The notes under the pieces: generated by a model
What the model was told of the DNA's origin: nothing
Seen by the model: the letters and a program-made list of their open reading frames with translations, nothing else
Databases searched by the model: none
In this document: one piece after another, positions 19,521 through 30,297 of the stretch
Numbering within the stretch: the first letter of the stretch is position 1
Layout of the letters: every line of letters starts with the position of its first letter
Position numbers and translations under genes: made by a program
Assembly: GCA_964450435.1 (NCBI GenBank)
Contig: CAYVCX010000007.1
Location: forward strand, 13,216 to 77,215
Length of the DNA stretch: 64,000 nucleotides
Origin: an uncultured Anaerolineales bacterium
Lineage (GTDB): Bacteria; Chloroflexota; Anaerolineae; B4-G1
Direction of reading: 5' to 3'

Positions 19521-20792
19521 CTATTCCTCCAGCGGTTCGGCCAGACGCAGGGCGACGTAGGCGGGCCGGTACGAGCCATCGGGCCGGAGGAGGCTGTAGG
19601 CCGAGAACGTATTGTCCGCTCCCCAGATAGTAGCCAGGTTCAGGTTCCAGAGGAACATCGGTCCCACCCACGGTCGCTCGTCCCCCATGTGGAAAGCACG
19701 CACGATATACTCCGCCTGCTGGGCCTCACTGATCTGAGCCCCGTATTCCCACCCGGTAAGGTCCATCTCCCCTATCCCCTCGGGTGTCGGCCAGCCGAAC
19801 TCGGTGACCCAGATATCGAGGTGGCCACTGCCGTATTCCAGCATAATCTGACGGTAGTCCTCCAGCGTGTCCAGGAAGAAGAAGGAAGGATGGTCGTTGT
19901 GGCTGGTTGCAGTGTGCACAGCATCCCGGACACTCTCCTCGGGGGGGTTGGCATAGCCGTAGGGATGCGCTCCGATAGCATCCACGTGCCGGGTGATGCC
20001 GGCATCGAGCATGCCGTGTAGGAACACACGATCGTCGATGGCTACGTCATCCCTCCCGGTGACGGCTGGGCCACCGCTGACGACGACCGCCTGGGGGTCG
20101 GCCACTCGCACGCCTCTGGCGCCCTCGGCCACCAGCGCGACGAAGCGGGCGGGGTCGAGGGTGTCACCGCGCCACTCCCGCTCCAGGTTGGGCTCGTTCC
20201 ACAATTCGTAGGCCTGAACGCGGCCGCGGTACCGCCCGGCCAGCTGTTCCATAAAGCGACCAAACTGGGCGTAGTCAACAGGCGGGCCGCCCTCCAGCTC
20301 TACCTCACGGGTCCAATCGGGCGCGCGGGTGACGCTGAGCAACACCTGAAAGCCCGACTGATGGGCACCGTCCACCACGCGATCAAGATTCTCCCAGTCG
20401 AAGTCGTCGGGGCCATGCTCGATGGTGTGCCACTGGACCTGGTGTTTCACCCAGCCGACACCGAGCCCCTGAGCCCAGCGCAGCGCCGGTTCCATCTCCC
20501 AGCGGGGCGGGATGTGGAGCTGGACGCCGTAGCTCGGCTTGGGCACGGGAGGAGGAAGGGGGGTGGCCGTCTCGGTAGCAGAGGGCTCAGTCTGGGGCAT
20601 CGGTGAGGGCGATGGGACAGCAACCGGGCTCTCACTGTGCAGCCCCGGCAGATAGAGACGCTGCGGGGACGGAGAGGCTGATGGGGCCGGCTCGCTTGGG
20701 CGCGTGGGCTCGGGACGTCCCGCACAGCCTACCGAGGCGGAGAGGAAGAGAAGAAGGAGAACAAGGGACCGTGTCCGCGTCTGTCCGCACAT
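19521..20792 (-). CDS. Secreted lipoprotein, TIM-barrel clan GH-A glycoside hydrolase (GH5/GH39-like)
   Basis: Signal peptide plus lipobox (LFLSASVGC), a Pro/Ser linker, and YELWNEPNLEREW (NEP acid/base motif). Confidence 0.8.
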   Translation of the reverse strand: MCGQTRTRSLVLLLLFLSASVGCAGRPEPTRPSEPAPSASPSPQRLYLPGLHSESPVAVPSPSPMPQTEPSATETATPLPPPVPKPSYGVQLHIPPRWEMEPALRWAQGLGVGWVKHQVQWHTIEHGPDDFDWENLDRVVDGAHQSGFQVLLSVTRAPDWTREVELEGGPPVDYAQFGRFMEQLAGRYRGRVQAYELWNEPNLEREWRGDTLDPARFVALVAEGARGVRVADPQAVVVSGGPAVTGRDDVAIDDRVFLHGMLDAGITRHVDAIGAHPYGYANPPEESVRDAVHTATSHNDHPSFFFLDTLEDYRQIMLEYGSGHLDIWVTEFGWPTPEGIGEMDLTGWEYGAQISEAQQAEYIVRAFHMGDERPWVGPMFLWNLNLATIWGADNTFSAYSLLRPDGSYRPAYVALRLAEPLEE

Positions 20793-20801
20793 GATCGAGT
20801 C

Positions 20802-20829
20802 ATTGTAACCGGTAGCGTTGGAGAGTCAA
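20802..20829 (-). promoter_or_regulatory. Promoter TTGACT-16-TACAAT; ATG lies 9 nt after the -10 (leaderless)
   Basis: Minus strand reads TTGACT ctccaacgctaccggt TACAAT gactcgatc ATG. Confidence 0.65.
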
Positions 20830-21042
20830 CCGCGACGGTGCGAGATGTGGAGGACGGTTCAGGGTATCTCGAGGCCGCCAATGGGGCAGCCGGCGAAACC
20901 TCAACTCATAGGGATCCGGTATCCCCGCGCACTGGCGCGCCGACTGCCCCGCTTTCGGCACCCTCCGGAGGAAGAAGCGAGGCATCCGCACCAATCAGCA
21001 AGCCAGCAATCTCTGGTTTGAAGGGCTCCAGGGAAAGAGCTG

Positions 21043-21070
21043 TTGACAGGACCGAGGGATGCGCTACAAT
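21043..21070 (+). promoter_or_regulatory. rsgA promoter TTGACA-16-TACAAT
   Basis: TTGACA ggaccgagggatgcgc TACAAT, 40 nt upstream of the ATG at 21111. Confidence 0.65.
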
Positions 21071-21110
21071 GAATCCGCGTGGGTTGTGCGTCTTCTGGAA
21101 GGTTGTTGAC

Positions 21111-22160
21111 ATGTCTGAACTGATTGAGGGATTGGTCATCAAGGCGCAGAGCGGTTTCTTCACGGTGCACACCGAGGAGGATGATTTCACGTGCCGGTTG
21201 CGGGGCCGCCTGAAGGAGGAGTGGCGCGACACGGACCTGGTGGCGGTGGGCGACCGAGTACGGATCAGTCCAGTGGAAGACGGCGGCATGATTGAGGGCA
21301 TGATCGAGGAGATCGAGGAGCGAGAGCGCGCCCTGGCCCGCCTCGCCCCCTCCGCCGGACGGGGCGCCCGCCACTGGACACGAAGAGGATATCTTTCGGA
21401 GCGAGAGCAGGTGATTATCGCCAATCCGGATCACGTGGTCTTCGTGTTCGCCTGCGCGGAGCCGGAGCCGCGTCTGCGGATGCTGGACCGACTGCTGGTC
21501 GGGGCCGAACTCCAGGATATTCCCGCCATCGTATGCGCCAACAAGGTCGATCTGGTTGGACGTGAGGAAGCACACGAGCTGTTTGATATCTACGATGAGA
21601 TCGGCTATCGGCTGGTGTATACGAGCGCCAAGACGGGCGAGGGAGTCGACGAACTGAACGAGCTGCTGGTGGGCCGCATATCCGCCCTGGTCGGTCCCTC
21701 AGGTACCGGAAAGACAAGTCTGCTGAACGAGATGCAGCCGGGGCTCGGCCTGCGCGTGCGGGAGGTGAGCCGTGCCACCCGGAAGGGACGGCATACCACG
21801 GTGGTGCCCCAGTTGGTCCCTTTGGACGGCGGGGCTCCGACAGGGTCTGAAGAAGCGGATGTGGGCGGGAACGAGGCGACTATTGAGCAGGGATGGGTGG
21901 CTGACACCCCCGGGCTGAAGGCCCTGGCGCTGTTCGACATGGATCCGGAGGAGGTGGACGCCTATTTTCCAGACATCGCGCCGCTGGTGGCCCACTGTCG
22001 TTTCTCCGACTGCAGCCACACGGTGGAGCCGGGGTGCGCGGTCAAAGAGGCCCTCGAGGAAGGAGAGATCAGCGAGCACCGGTACCAGAGCTACGTGCGC
22101 CTGCGCGAGGAGCACCAGAAGCTGGCTGATATGTACTGGTGGGGGATTGATGAGGAATAG
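21111..22160 (+). CDS. rsgA: Ribosome small-subunit-dependent GTPase A
   Basis: MSELIEGLVIKAQSGFFTV (OB domain), circularly permuted GTPase (NKVDL...GPSGTGKTSLLN), and a C-terminal zinc knuckle CRFSDCSHTVEPGC. Start chosen at the internal ATG after the promoter. Confidence 0.92.
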   Translation: MSELIEGLVIKAQSGFFTVHTEEDDFTCRLRGRLKEEWRDTDLVAVGDRVRISPVEDGGMIEGMIEEIEERERALARLAPSAGRGARHWTRRGYLSEREQVIIANPDHVVFVFACAEPEPRLRMLDRLLVGAELQDIPAIVCANKVDLVGREEAHELFDIYDEIGYRLVYTSAKTGEGVDELNELLVGRISALVGPSGTGKTSLLNEMQPGLGLRVREVSRATRKGRHTTVVPQLVPLDGGAPTGSEEADVGGNEATIEQGWVADTPGLKALALFDMDPEEVDAYFPDIAPLVAHCRFSDCSHTVEPGCAVKEALEEGEISEHRYQSYVRLREEHQKLADMYWWGIDEE

Positions 22161-22194
22161 GCAGAGGGCACGCAGGGGCGTCCCCCGCCGGCCG

Positions 22195-23040
22195 CTAGTC
22201 CCGTCGGAGGCGGCGTTCGGCCCGTGACGCGACCGCGATAGCACAGAGGATGAGCGCGCCCCCGGCCACGGCCCAGAGCGTAGGTCGCTCGCCCAGCATC
22301 CACCAAGCGAGCAGGGCGGAACCAATCGGTTCTCCCAGTGCGGCGAGGGTCACGTAGGTGGCGGAGAGATAGCGCAGGGCCCAGTTCAACGACGAATGGC
22401 CCAGGATCTGCGGGCCAATGGCCATCAAGAGAAGCCAGAGCCAAGTCTGGGGATGCTCGGGCACGGGGCCCAGGCCCGCGAGCAACATAACCGTCAGCAG
22501 GATGGCAGCCGCGATGCCGTAGACGGGGTAGACGTACGCCATAAGCGACAGGCGCCCCCGTAGTCCTCTCCCGATGAGAAAGTAGCCAGCCCCAGATATG
22601 GCTCCCATCAGAGCCAGAAGATCCCCTACGAGCCGGTGGGTGCCCTCACCCAGGTCCCCGACGCCGATGATGACGCTTCCCACGATGGCCACGACGATGG
22701 CAATGGTCATCCCGCGGGTCAGCCGCTCGCCGAAGAAGAGGTGGGAGCCAAGGCCCGCGAAGATGGGATTGGTCCACACCAGAATGACAGACGCGGCCAC
22801 CGTCGTGAGGGCCAGCGAGGTGATCCAGGTGCCGAAGTGGATCGCCAGAAGGAGACCCGAAAGAAGGACGGCACGCCATTCGCTGGCAGTGAAGCCCATC
22901 AGCTCTCGGCGGACCTTGCCCAAGGCAAGGGGCGTGAGGATCAGGGTCGCCAGGGCGAGGCGCCAGGCAGCGACGACAAGGGAATGGACCTCGGCCTGAG
23001 CGAGGCGGATGAGTACGGCGGCGGTGGAGACGGTGACCAC
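22195..23040 (-). CDS. EamA/DMT-family transporter
   Basis: Ten-TM hydrophobic profile with duplicated EamA-like halves. Confidence 0.8.
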   Translation of the reverse strand: MVTVSTAAVLIRLAQAEVHSLVVAAWRLALATLILTPLALGKVRRELMGFTASEWRAVLLSGLLLAIHFGTWITSLALTTVAASVILVWTNPIFAGLGSHLFFGERLTRGMTIAIVVAIVGSVIIGVGDLGEGTHRLVGDLLALMGAISGAGYFLIGRGLRGRLSLMAYVYPVYGIAAAILLTVMLLAGLGPVPEHPQTWLWLLLMAIGPQILGHSSLNWALRYLSATYVTLAALGEPIGSALLAWWMLGERPTLWAVAGGALILCAIAVASRAERRLRRD

Positions 23041-23141
23041 GCCGAAGCTGACGCCAAGATATGGCTTTACGTTTCTGCTCTGGGAAGACGTGTCGTCGAT
23101 CGGTACCTCCTGGGAGCTCGGGCAGGTGGTGCGATAATCAC

Positions 23142-23150
23142 ATTATACCA
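23142..23150 (-). promoter_or_regulatory. Extended -10 TGgTATAAT upstream of the EamA gene
   Basis: Minus strand reads cggTGgTATAAT. The -35 is weak. Confidence 0.4.
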
Positions 23151-23316
23151 CCGTCGCCCGGAGCAGAAAAACGATACCCGAGTCCAGGCGTTGATCGACA
23201 GATCAGGGCATCGGCCCGGTGCTCACCGCCAAGTTCGCTGATACGTTACGGCAGCGACGGGAGTGACAGAGCGGCCCCTCCAACGTCGTCAGATCGGCGG
23301 CCCGACGGCCTCAGAA

Positions 23317-23613
23317 TCAGACCCGATCCGATTCACGGTCAGACCCATGGACACGCGACGGGTCTGGCTGAGCAGAGCGCGTCAAGATCCGCTGCGTCAT
23401 CCGCAGCAACCACCGCCAGTGCAGCAGGACGTGCAGGAGCACGCCCACGCTGAGAAGCAGCCCGCTCCACTTGTGAATGTCCAACCAGACCAGCCGGGCG
23501 GCGAAGTAGCCCTGCGGCAGAACGACCCACAGCAGGAAGGCCGACAACCCGACGACAGCCGCCAACAGAGCTATAACCACATCGAGCCAGTAATTCCTCA
23601 TTGAGTTGCCCAC
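23317..23613 (-). CDS. DUF4405-type small membrane protein (His-containing, cytochrome-b-like)
   Basis: WLDIHKWSGLLLSVGVLLHVLLHWRW pattern with two or three TM helices. Starts 4 nt after the upstream gene stop. Confidence 0.7.
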   Translation of the reverse strand: MGNSMRNYWLDVVIALLAAVVGLSAFLLWVVLPQGYFAARLVWLDIHKWSGLLLSVGVLLHVLLHWRWLLRMTQRILTRSAQPDPSRVHGSDRESDRV

Positions 23614-23616
23614 AGC

Positions 23617-24657
23617 TCAGAGCCCCCCGCGGCCCAGACAGATCCAGAACCAGAGCGCGTACTCGGGCGACACCGTGACCCGAACATCCGCCGGGATGTG
23701 GATGTGAGTGCCCGAAAAGCCGGCGAACTCCCGGGGGCCGCATTCATAGACGAAACCACAGCCGCCGGCGGCAGCATCGTCGTTGATGTGCTCCACCCAG
23801 TAACTGTCGACGGGATCTGCCCCGGCGATACGCTCGTACCAAGTGAGCTCGAGGTTGGACAAATGACCCTGTTCTGCCAGGCTGGTGATGGCGTCCAGCG
23901 CCGTGACCACGCCCGGCTGGAGCACATCGCTGCGCACGTCGTGGGCCGTAACCGCCACATCCCGAAAATCCACTCGACCGCCCGGTGCGCGAATGGTCAC
24001 ATCCGGGATGATGACCTGCCCCCCATTTGCCGCCAGGCGCTGCACCTCCTCGCGGAAACCGTCGTATATTGCCCCAAGGCGGTCTTCACGCTCAGAATCC
24101 AGACGCACAACCATGTTGTTCTTGTAGGGATAGAGGTCCATGCGGAAGGCATTGGGCTCGAACCATCCGGCGGAGTAGTGCGCGTTGTACCACCACCCCT
24201 CCTCGCCGTCGATGGCGTCGATGACGTGCGTGTCCATCGCATCGTCGAAATGGTAGGCGAGGGCTATGTCCCCGGCCTCTGACAGATGGACCAGGATGTC
24301 AAACAGGGAGAAATGGCCCGGACGGAAGACGTCGGGCCGGACCGTCTCCACCCGCCCGGCATCAAACGGAAAGGTGCCCACGCCGCCGATGTGGATCTCG
24401 CCCTCACCCGAGGGTAGATCACCGGCGTGAGCCACCGGCGGCGCCCAGCGTCCATCTCTGGTGGGCAGGACATAGGAGGGCGCGTCACCCCGGGCTGGCG
24501 ACGATTCCTCCACCTCCCTGGCGAGCGGCGCGCAAGCCGGGAGTGCGCTCGCTGCACCGAGCAGCGCGAGGCTCCCGCAAGCCACGCCCTTAAGAAGCTC
24601 GCGCCGGGATATCGTGCGGTCGCCGTCATGGACAGCGTCAGGTTGCTTCTTCATCAC
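23617..24657 (-). CDS. Tat-exported probable lipoprotein of unknown function with an internal tandem duplication
   Basis: Twin-arginine signal TISRRELLKGVA...ALPAC. Two related modules: RPDVFRPGHFSLFDILVHLSEAGDI... and RSDVLQPGVVTALDAITSLAEQGHL... Confidence 0.75.
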   Translation of the reverse strand: MMKKQPDAVHDGDRTISRRELLKGVACGSLALLGAASALPACAPLAREVEESSPARGDAPSYVLPTRDGRWAPPVAHAGDLPSGEGEIHIGGVGTFPFDAGRVETVRPDVFRPGHFSLFDILVHLSEAGDIALAYHFDDAMDTHVIDAIDGEEGWWYNAHYSAGWFEPNAFRMDLYPYKNNMVVRLDSEREDRLGAIYDGFREEVQRLAANGGQVIIPDVTIRAPGGRVDFRDVAVTAHDVRSDVLQPGVVTALDAITSLAEQGHLSNLELTWYERIAGADPVDSYWVEHINDDAAAGGCGFVYECGPREFAGFSGTHIHIPADVRVTVSPEYALWFWICLGRGGL

Positions 24658-24739
24658 TATGACCTCATTCCGAGAGGGGCGCTTTGCTTAAACGTCTGAT
24701 TCCCTCTCGCCTATTCAGACGAGGTCAGGGCGATGATTC

Positions 24740-25452
24740 TTACCTGAGCGCCAGCTCCGCAGCGGCGGCGCGATCCACGAGCCAGGTCAACCTTCCGTCG
24801 GCAGGCCGGACCATCGCAGCGGGCAGCGGCTGCCCGGCGCGCACGCTGGCCAGCGCCGCGGCCTTGCTCTCCCCCGCGACCAGGAACACCACATGGCGAG
24901 CGGCGTTGATGAGCGGCAAGGTAAGGGTGACACGCCAGGAGTCGCGCTTCGCCACGTAGACGGGGACGACAGAGCGCTCCCGCTCGTCCACGGCCTCTGT
25001 GCCAGGGAAGAGGGAGGCGGTGTGTCCGTCCGGGCCCAGCCCCAGCAGGACAAGGTCAAAGCGTCCGTCCCCACCCAGCGCCTGCTGCAGCTCCAAGCGA
25101 TACACAGCGACCGCCTCCTCAGGCCCCAGTTCTCCTCGGATGCGGTGCACGTTCTCGCCTAGAATAGGGACACGTCGGAGAAGGGTGCGATGAGCCATGC
25201 GGTAGTTGCTCTCGGGATGGTTGGGCGGCACGCAGCGTTCGTCGCCCCAGAAGACCTCCACGCGCGCCCAATCCAGCTCCTGAGCCAACGGCTGCTCGGC
25301 CAGCAGGGCGTAGAGAGGTTTGGGGGTGGAGCCCCCGGCGAGGGCAACGGCAAAGCGACCTCGCTCGACGACCGCTGCCGACGCCAGAGCGGCGAAGCGG
25401 TCGGCCGCCGCACGGGCCAGACAGTCGACGTCGGGGAAGACCAGCAACTCGC

Positions 25453-25456
<4 letters not shown>
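24740..25456 (-). CDS. pgl: 6-phosphogluconolactonase
   Basis: ALAGGSTPKPLY...WGDERCVPPNHPESNY. Start set at the GTG forming a GTGA overlap with the zwf stop; the track ORF begins 30 nt further upstream at 25486. Confidence 0.9.
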
Positions 25457-26946
<1,490 letters not shown>

Positions 26947-27029
26947 CAGTGACCCTCCCAGGGTGTGGGAAATGGATTGGGAAAAATGGCAGAGAGCAGG
27001 GCGTACGAGTCGAGACCAGACCGGCTGGC

Positions 27030-27944
27030 TCAGGTGCTCTTCTTCACCTCGTGACCGCCGAACTCATTGCGCAGGGCAGCGAGCAGTTTGGCTGAGTAAC
27101 TCTCTACCTGGCGGCTGGCGAGCCGCATCTGCAGAGCGAGGGTGATGACCGGCGCCGGAACATCCAGGTCAATGGACTCGAAAACCGTCCAGCGGCCCTC
27201 GCCCGAATCCTCGACGTAGCCCTTGACGTCGCCAAGGGTCTGATCATCTGCCAAGGCGCTGGCAGTGAGATCGAGGAGCCAGGAACGAATGACCGTGCCG
27301 AAACGCCAGATCTCGGCGATGTGGTGGAGATCGAGGCCGAACTCGTCCTTGACCTCCATAATCTCGAACCCTTCAGCGTAAGCCTGCATAACTCCGTACT
27401 CGATGCCGTTGTGCACCATCTTGACGAAGTGGCCCGCGCCATTGGGCCCAACGCGCCCCCACCCTCTGTCGGGGCCGGGGGCCAGCGTCTCGAAGATAGG
27501 GCTTAGATAGTCGATGATCTGCTCCTCGCCCCCGATCATCAACCCGTAGCCCTCCTGGAGCCCCCAGATGCCGCCGCTGACACCCACGTCCACGAAATGG
27601 AGACCCTTCTGGTTGACTGTCTCGGCGTGACGCAGCGAGTCCTTGTAGTTGGAGTTCCCGCCGTCGATGACGATGTCGTCGGGACGGAGCACGTTCAAGA
27701 GGGAGCTGACCACCCGATCGGTGGGGCCGCCAGCCGGGACCATGGACCAGGCTGCCCGGGGAGGGCTGAGCTTCTCAGCGAGGTCCTCGAGCGACTCCGC
27801 CGGAACGATGTTTTTCTCCTCACCGGCCAGGTCATAGGCAACCTCGACGGTACGGTTGAAGGCTATGATGCGGTGGCCGTCCCGGGACAGCCGGCGCGCC
27901 ATATTGCCGCCCATCTTGCCGAGTCCAACGATGCCCAGCTCCAT
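27030..27944 (-). CDS. gnd: 6-phosphogluconate dehydrogenase (decarboxylating), short ~300-aa form
   Basis: MELGIVGLGKMGGNMARRL (Rossmann), GAGHFVKMVHNGIEYG. The 445-aa track ORF is an upstream over-extension. RBS AAGGAGG precedes the ATG at 27944. Confidence 0.92.
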   Translation of the reverse strand: MELGIVGLGKMGGNMARRLSRDGHRIIAFNRTVEVAYDLAGEEKNIVPAESLEDLAEKLSPPRAAWSMVPAGGPTDRVVSSLLNVLRPDDIVIDGGNSNYKDSLRHAETVNQKGLHFVDVGVSGGIWGLQEGYGLMIGGEEQIIDYLSPIFETLAPGPDRGWGRVGPNGAGHFVKMVHNGIEYGVMQAYAEGFEIMEVKDEFGLDLHHIAEIWRFGTVIRSWLLDLTASALADDQTLGDVKGYVEDSGEGRWTVFESIDLDVPAPVITLALQMRLASRQVESYSAKLLAALRNEFGGHEVKKST

Positions 27945-28074
27945 GATAACACCATCCTCCTTGTGATCTGCTTCGTCCCTGTCCATCCAGCCAGCGCACA
28001 ATCTCGCACACGCCGGGTTCCGCGTGCCCACCGCTGCGGCTGCTCCCCTACAAACAGCGGGACACCCAACCAAG

Positions 28075-28103
28075 ATTGTACAACCGGCGGCGGAATCTGA
28101 CAA
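28075..28103 (-). promoter_or_regulatory. gnd-zwf-pgl operon promoter TTGTCA-17-TACAAT
   Basis: Minus strand reads TTGTCA gattccgccgccggttg TACAAT, about 125 nt upstream of the gnd ATG. Confidence 0.65.
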
Positions 28104-28277
28104 AAAAGAGGGACGAAGGTGGAGAAAACGAAGCAGCCGGCCAGCAGCAGCGGGTCGCCCGCCGTCTGGGCAAGATAGGCTGGACGCCGCGTGGGCGGGG
28201 TGAGAGAAGACACTCCCACCGCATCCGCGGTGCACTGATCGAGCCGGCCTTGACCCGCCAGAGCGTGCAGGGCCGAG

Positions 28278-28306
28278 TTGACCAAGCTCGACCGACCTGC
28301 TAAGAT
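28278..28306 (+). promoter_or_regulatory. Promoter-like TTGACC-17-TAAGAT (distal, upstream of tatA)
   Basis: TTGACC aagctcgaccgacctgc TAAGAT. Confidence 0.5.
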
Positions 28307-28325
28307 AGCACGGCAACGGGACTGT

Positions 28326-28354
28326 TTGACGAAAGCCGATCATGCAGTTAGAAT
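28326..28354 (+). promoter_or_regulatory. Promoter-like TTGACG-17-TAGAAT (proximal, 212 nt upstream of tatA)
   Basis: TTGACG aaagccgatcatgcagt TAGAAT. An ATG follows 11 nt after the -10. Confidence 0.55.
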
Positions 28355-28365
28355 GACCGGGGAAC

Positions 28366-28464
28366 ATGGACCAGTTGACAGAACTCGATCAGGTTGTCAA
28401 CCCAGTCCGCAGTGGGAGTCTCCAACAAGCCTTCGTAGACCGCATCGTCTCTACCAACGGGTGA
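28366..28464 (+). CDS. Candidate 32-aa leaderless small ORF (MDQLTELDQVVNPVRSGSLQQAFVDRIVSTNG)
   Basis: Below the track cutoff. The ATG sits 11 nt after a TAGAAT -10, the same geometry as smc, maf and the GH gene. No homology recognised. Confidence 0.25.
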   Translation: MDQLTELDQVVNPVRSGSLQQAFVDRIVSTNG

Positions 28465-28565
28465 TTCCGCCCGGGCCGCATACCACCTGGACCACGCGGT
28501 CAAGGCAGAAGCGAGCTCGTGACTTGGGAGAAGGAGCTAGTCCAGGGGAGAAAGGGAGGAGAAAC

Positions 28566-28739
28566 ATGTTAGGACAGCTTGGCGCTACAGAGCTGTTGCT
28601 GGTGCTCATCATTGTGTTGCTCGTCTTCGGCGTTGGACGGGTGTCGAAGATCGGCCGCGAGCTGGGACAGGGGATTCGCGGGTTCCGCGAGGGCCTTCAA
28701 GGGGAGACAACCGAAGCTGAGAAGCGCGAGACGACGTAG
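28566..28739 (+). CDS. tatA: Twin-arginine translocase subunit TatA/E
   Basis: MLGQLGATELLLVLIIVLLVFGVGRVSKIGRELGQGIRGFREG. RBS GGGAGGAG. Confidence 0.9.
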   Translation: MLGQLGATELLLVLIIVLLVFGVGRVSKIGRELGQGIRGFREGLQGETTEAEKRETT

Positions 28740-29230
28740 ACAGCAGCGGAACCCGCCCGGCGCCACCAGCGATCGGCGAAAGGGTGTTGCGGACGCTCGA
28801 CCTGTTCCGGACGGCGCACCGCACCACTCCAGGCAGGGGCGTACACGGCGAGGGGACGCAGCTGTCTCCCGTGCTGCAGTGAGCCCCTGAGGCGAGGCCC
28901 GAGGGTTAAGGAATCGGCGTCGAACACCCGTCGATCTGGTCAGACAGTTGCCGAGATCGACTGGGCAGCCCATGCAGCTTCAGCAGGACTCCATCGTCCC
29001 CAGCGTTGGAAGGATGGGCCCGCCCCCGACAACGAGTCCGATCAGCCAACTGGCAGGGGATTCCTCGGGTTTCGGCGCGATGCGCGCGGAAGCTGCATTC
29101 TCCAGGCGGGCACCCATTCGGGGCGGTGGCCGGTGTCGGGTCCCCATGGTACAGCATACGAGCTTCGCGTTCGCCAGCAGCGGGAGGCCGCCATCGCGGA
29201 AACAGTGCAGGGTCTAGAAAGGGAGTCGGA

Positions 29231-29602
29231 ATGATCGGAAACATCGGTCTCGGAGAACTGATCCTGATACTGATCATTGGCATTCTGGTGACTGGTCCGA
29301 AGCGCACGATAGAGATTGCGCGCACGCTAGGCCGGGTATCCAGACAGCTCCGCGACCTGTCGCAAGAGTTCACCAGCGCCCTGCAGGCAGAGATCGACGC
29401 CACCGAGACAGAGGCAGGAAACCTGGAAACGGGCCTTCGTAAGGTCGCCGCGGACATTGAGGGAGCTCTATCCGGAGCGGCTTCGGCGGGATCGACGATG
29501 GAGGAGAGCCAGCCCGCCCCCCCACCGCAGGCTGAGCCGGAAGAAATAGACGCCCCGGCGACCCCATCACCCGCCCTCGAGTCCGAAGCGGAGGCCGAAT
29601 GA
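29231..29602 (+). CDS. TatA/TatB-family translocase subunit with a long acidic tail (TatB-like)
   Basis: MIGNIGLGELILILIIGILVTGPKRTIEIARTLGR. RBS AAGGGAG. ATGA overlap with tatC. Confidence 0.85.
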   Translation: MIGNIGLGELILILIIGILVTGPKRTIEIARTLGRVSRQLRDLSQEFTSALQAEIDATETEAGNLETGLRKVAADIEGALSGAASAGSTMEESQPAPPPQAEPEEIDAPATPSPALESEAEAE

Positions 29603-30297
29603 GCGACAACGTGCGTATGTCGATCCTCGAGCACCTGGACGAGCTGAGAGAGCGGCTGCTGAAGGCTGTCATCGCCGTGGGCGTCGGGGTGGTAGTCGGC
29701 ACGTTGGTCACCCCACACTTGATGAGACTGCTGGTTGCCCCTCTCGGCGACCGGACGCCTATCGCCATCGCACCTACCGAATCCCCCATAGTGTTCTTCA
29801 GGATCTCCCTGATCGTCGGTCTGGTCGTCGCCATGCCCGTGATCGTCTACCAGCTCTTCCTGTTTGTGGCGCCGGGGCTGGAGCCGCGGGAGAAACGCTA
29901 CATCTTGATCGGAGCCCCGGCTGCCGCCATCTGCTTCGCCGGCGGCGTCGTTTTCGCCGCGGTCGTCCTCATCCCGGCGGCGATTCCCTTTATGGACGTA
30001 TTCTTCGGCGGCGTCGTCGAACAGCGTTACTCCATCGACCGGTACGTAGGCTTCGTCAGCACCATCCTCCTCTGGGCCGGGCTGGTGTTCGAGACCCCCC
30101 TCCTGATGTTCTTCGTGGCCAAGCTCGGCGTCGCCACACACGAGACCTTTGCCAAGGCCCGGCGCGGGGTCATCATCGGTGCCGCGGTGGTGGCAGCCGT
30201 AATCAGTCCCACCCACGACCCTTTCAACATGTTGCTCATCATGATACCTTTCCTGGTGCTGTACGAGCTTGGCATTTTGCTCGCCCGCTGGGCGTGA
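29599..30297 (+). CDS. tatC: Twin-arginine translocase subunit TatC
   Basis: MSILEHLDELRERLLKAVIAV..., six TM segments, FLFVAPGL. Confidence 0.95.
   Translation: MSDNVRMSILEHLDELRERLLKAVIAVGVGVVVGTLVTPHLMRLLVAPLGDRTPIAIAPTESPIVFFRISLIVGLVVAMPVIVYQLFLFVAPGLEPREKRYILIGAPAAAICFAGGVVFAAVVLIPAAIPFMDVFFGGVVEQRYSIDRYVGFVSTILLWAGLVFETPLLMFFVAKLGVATHETFAKARRGVIIGAAVVAAVISPTHDPFNMLLIMIPFLVLYELGILLARWA

Noticed and set aside
27945-28367. N-terminal 140-aa extension of the gnd ORF (445-aa track ORF)
   Set aside because: The extension is Ala/Arg/Cys/Pro-rich and contains the operon promoter. The Rossmann motif begins right at the internal ATG at 27944, which has a strong RBS.
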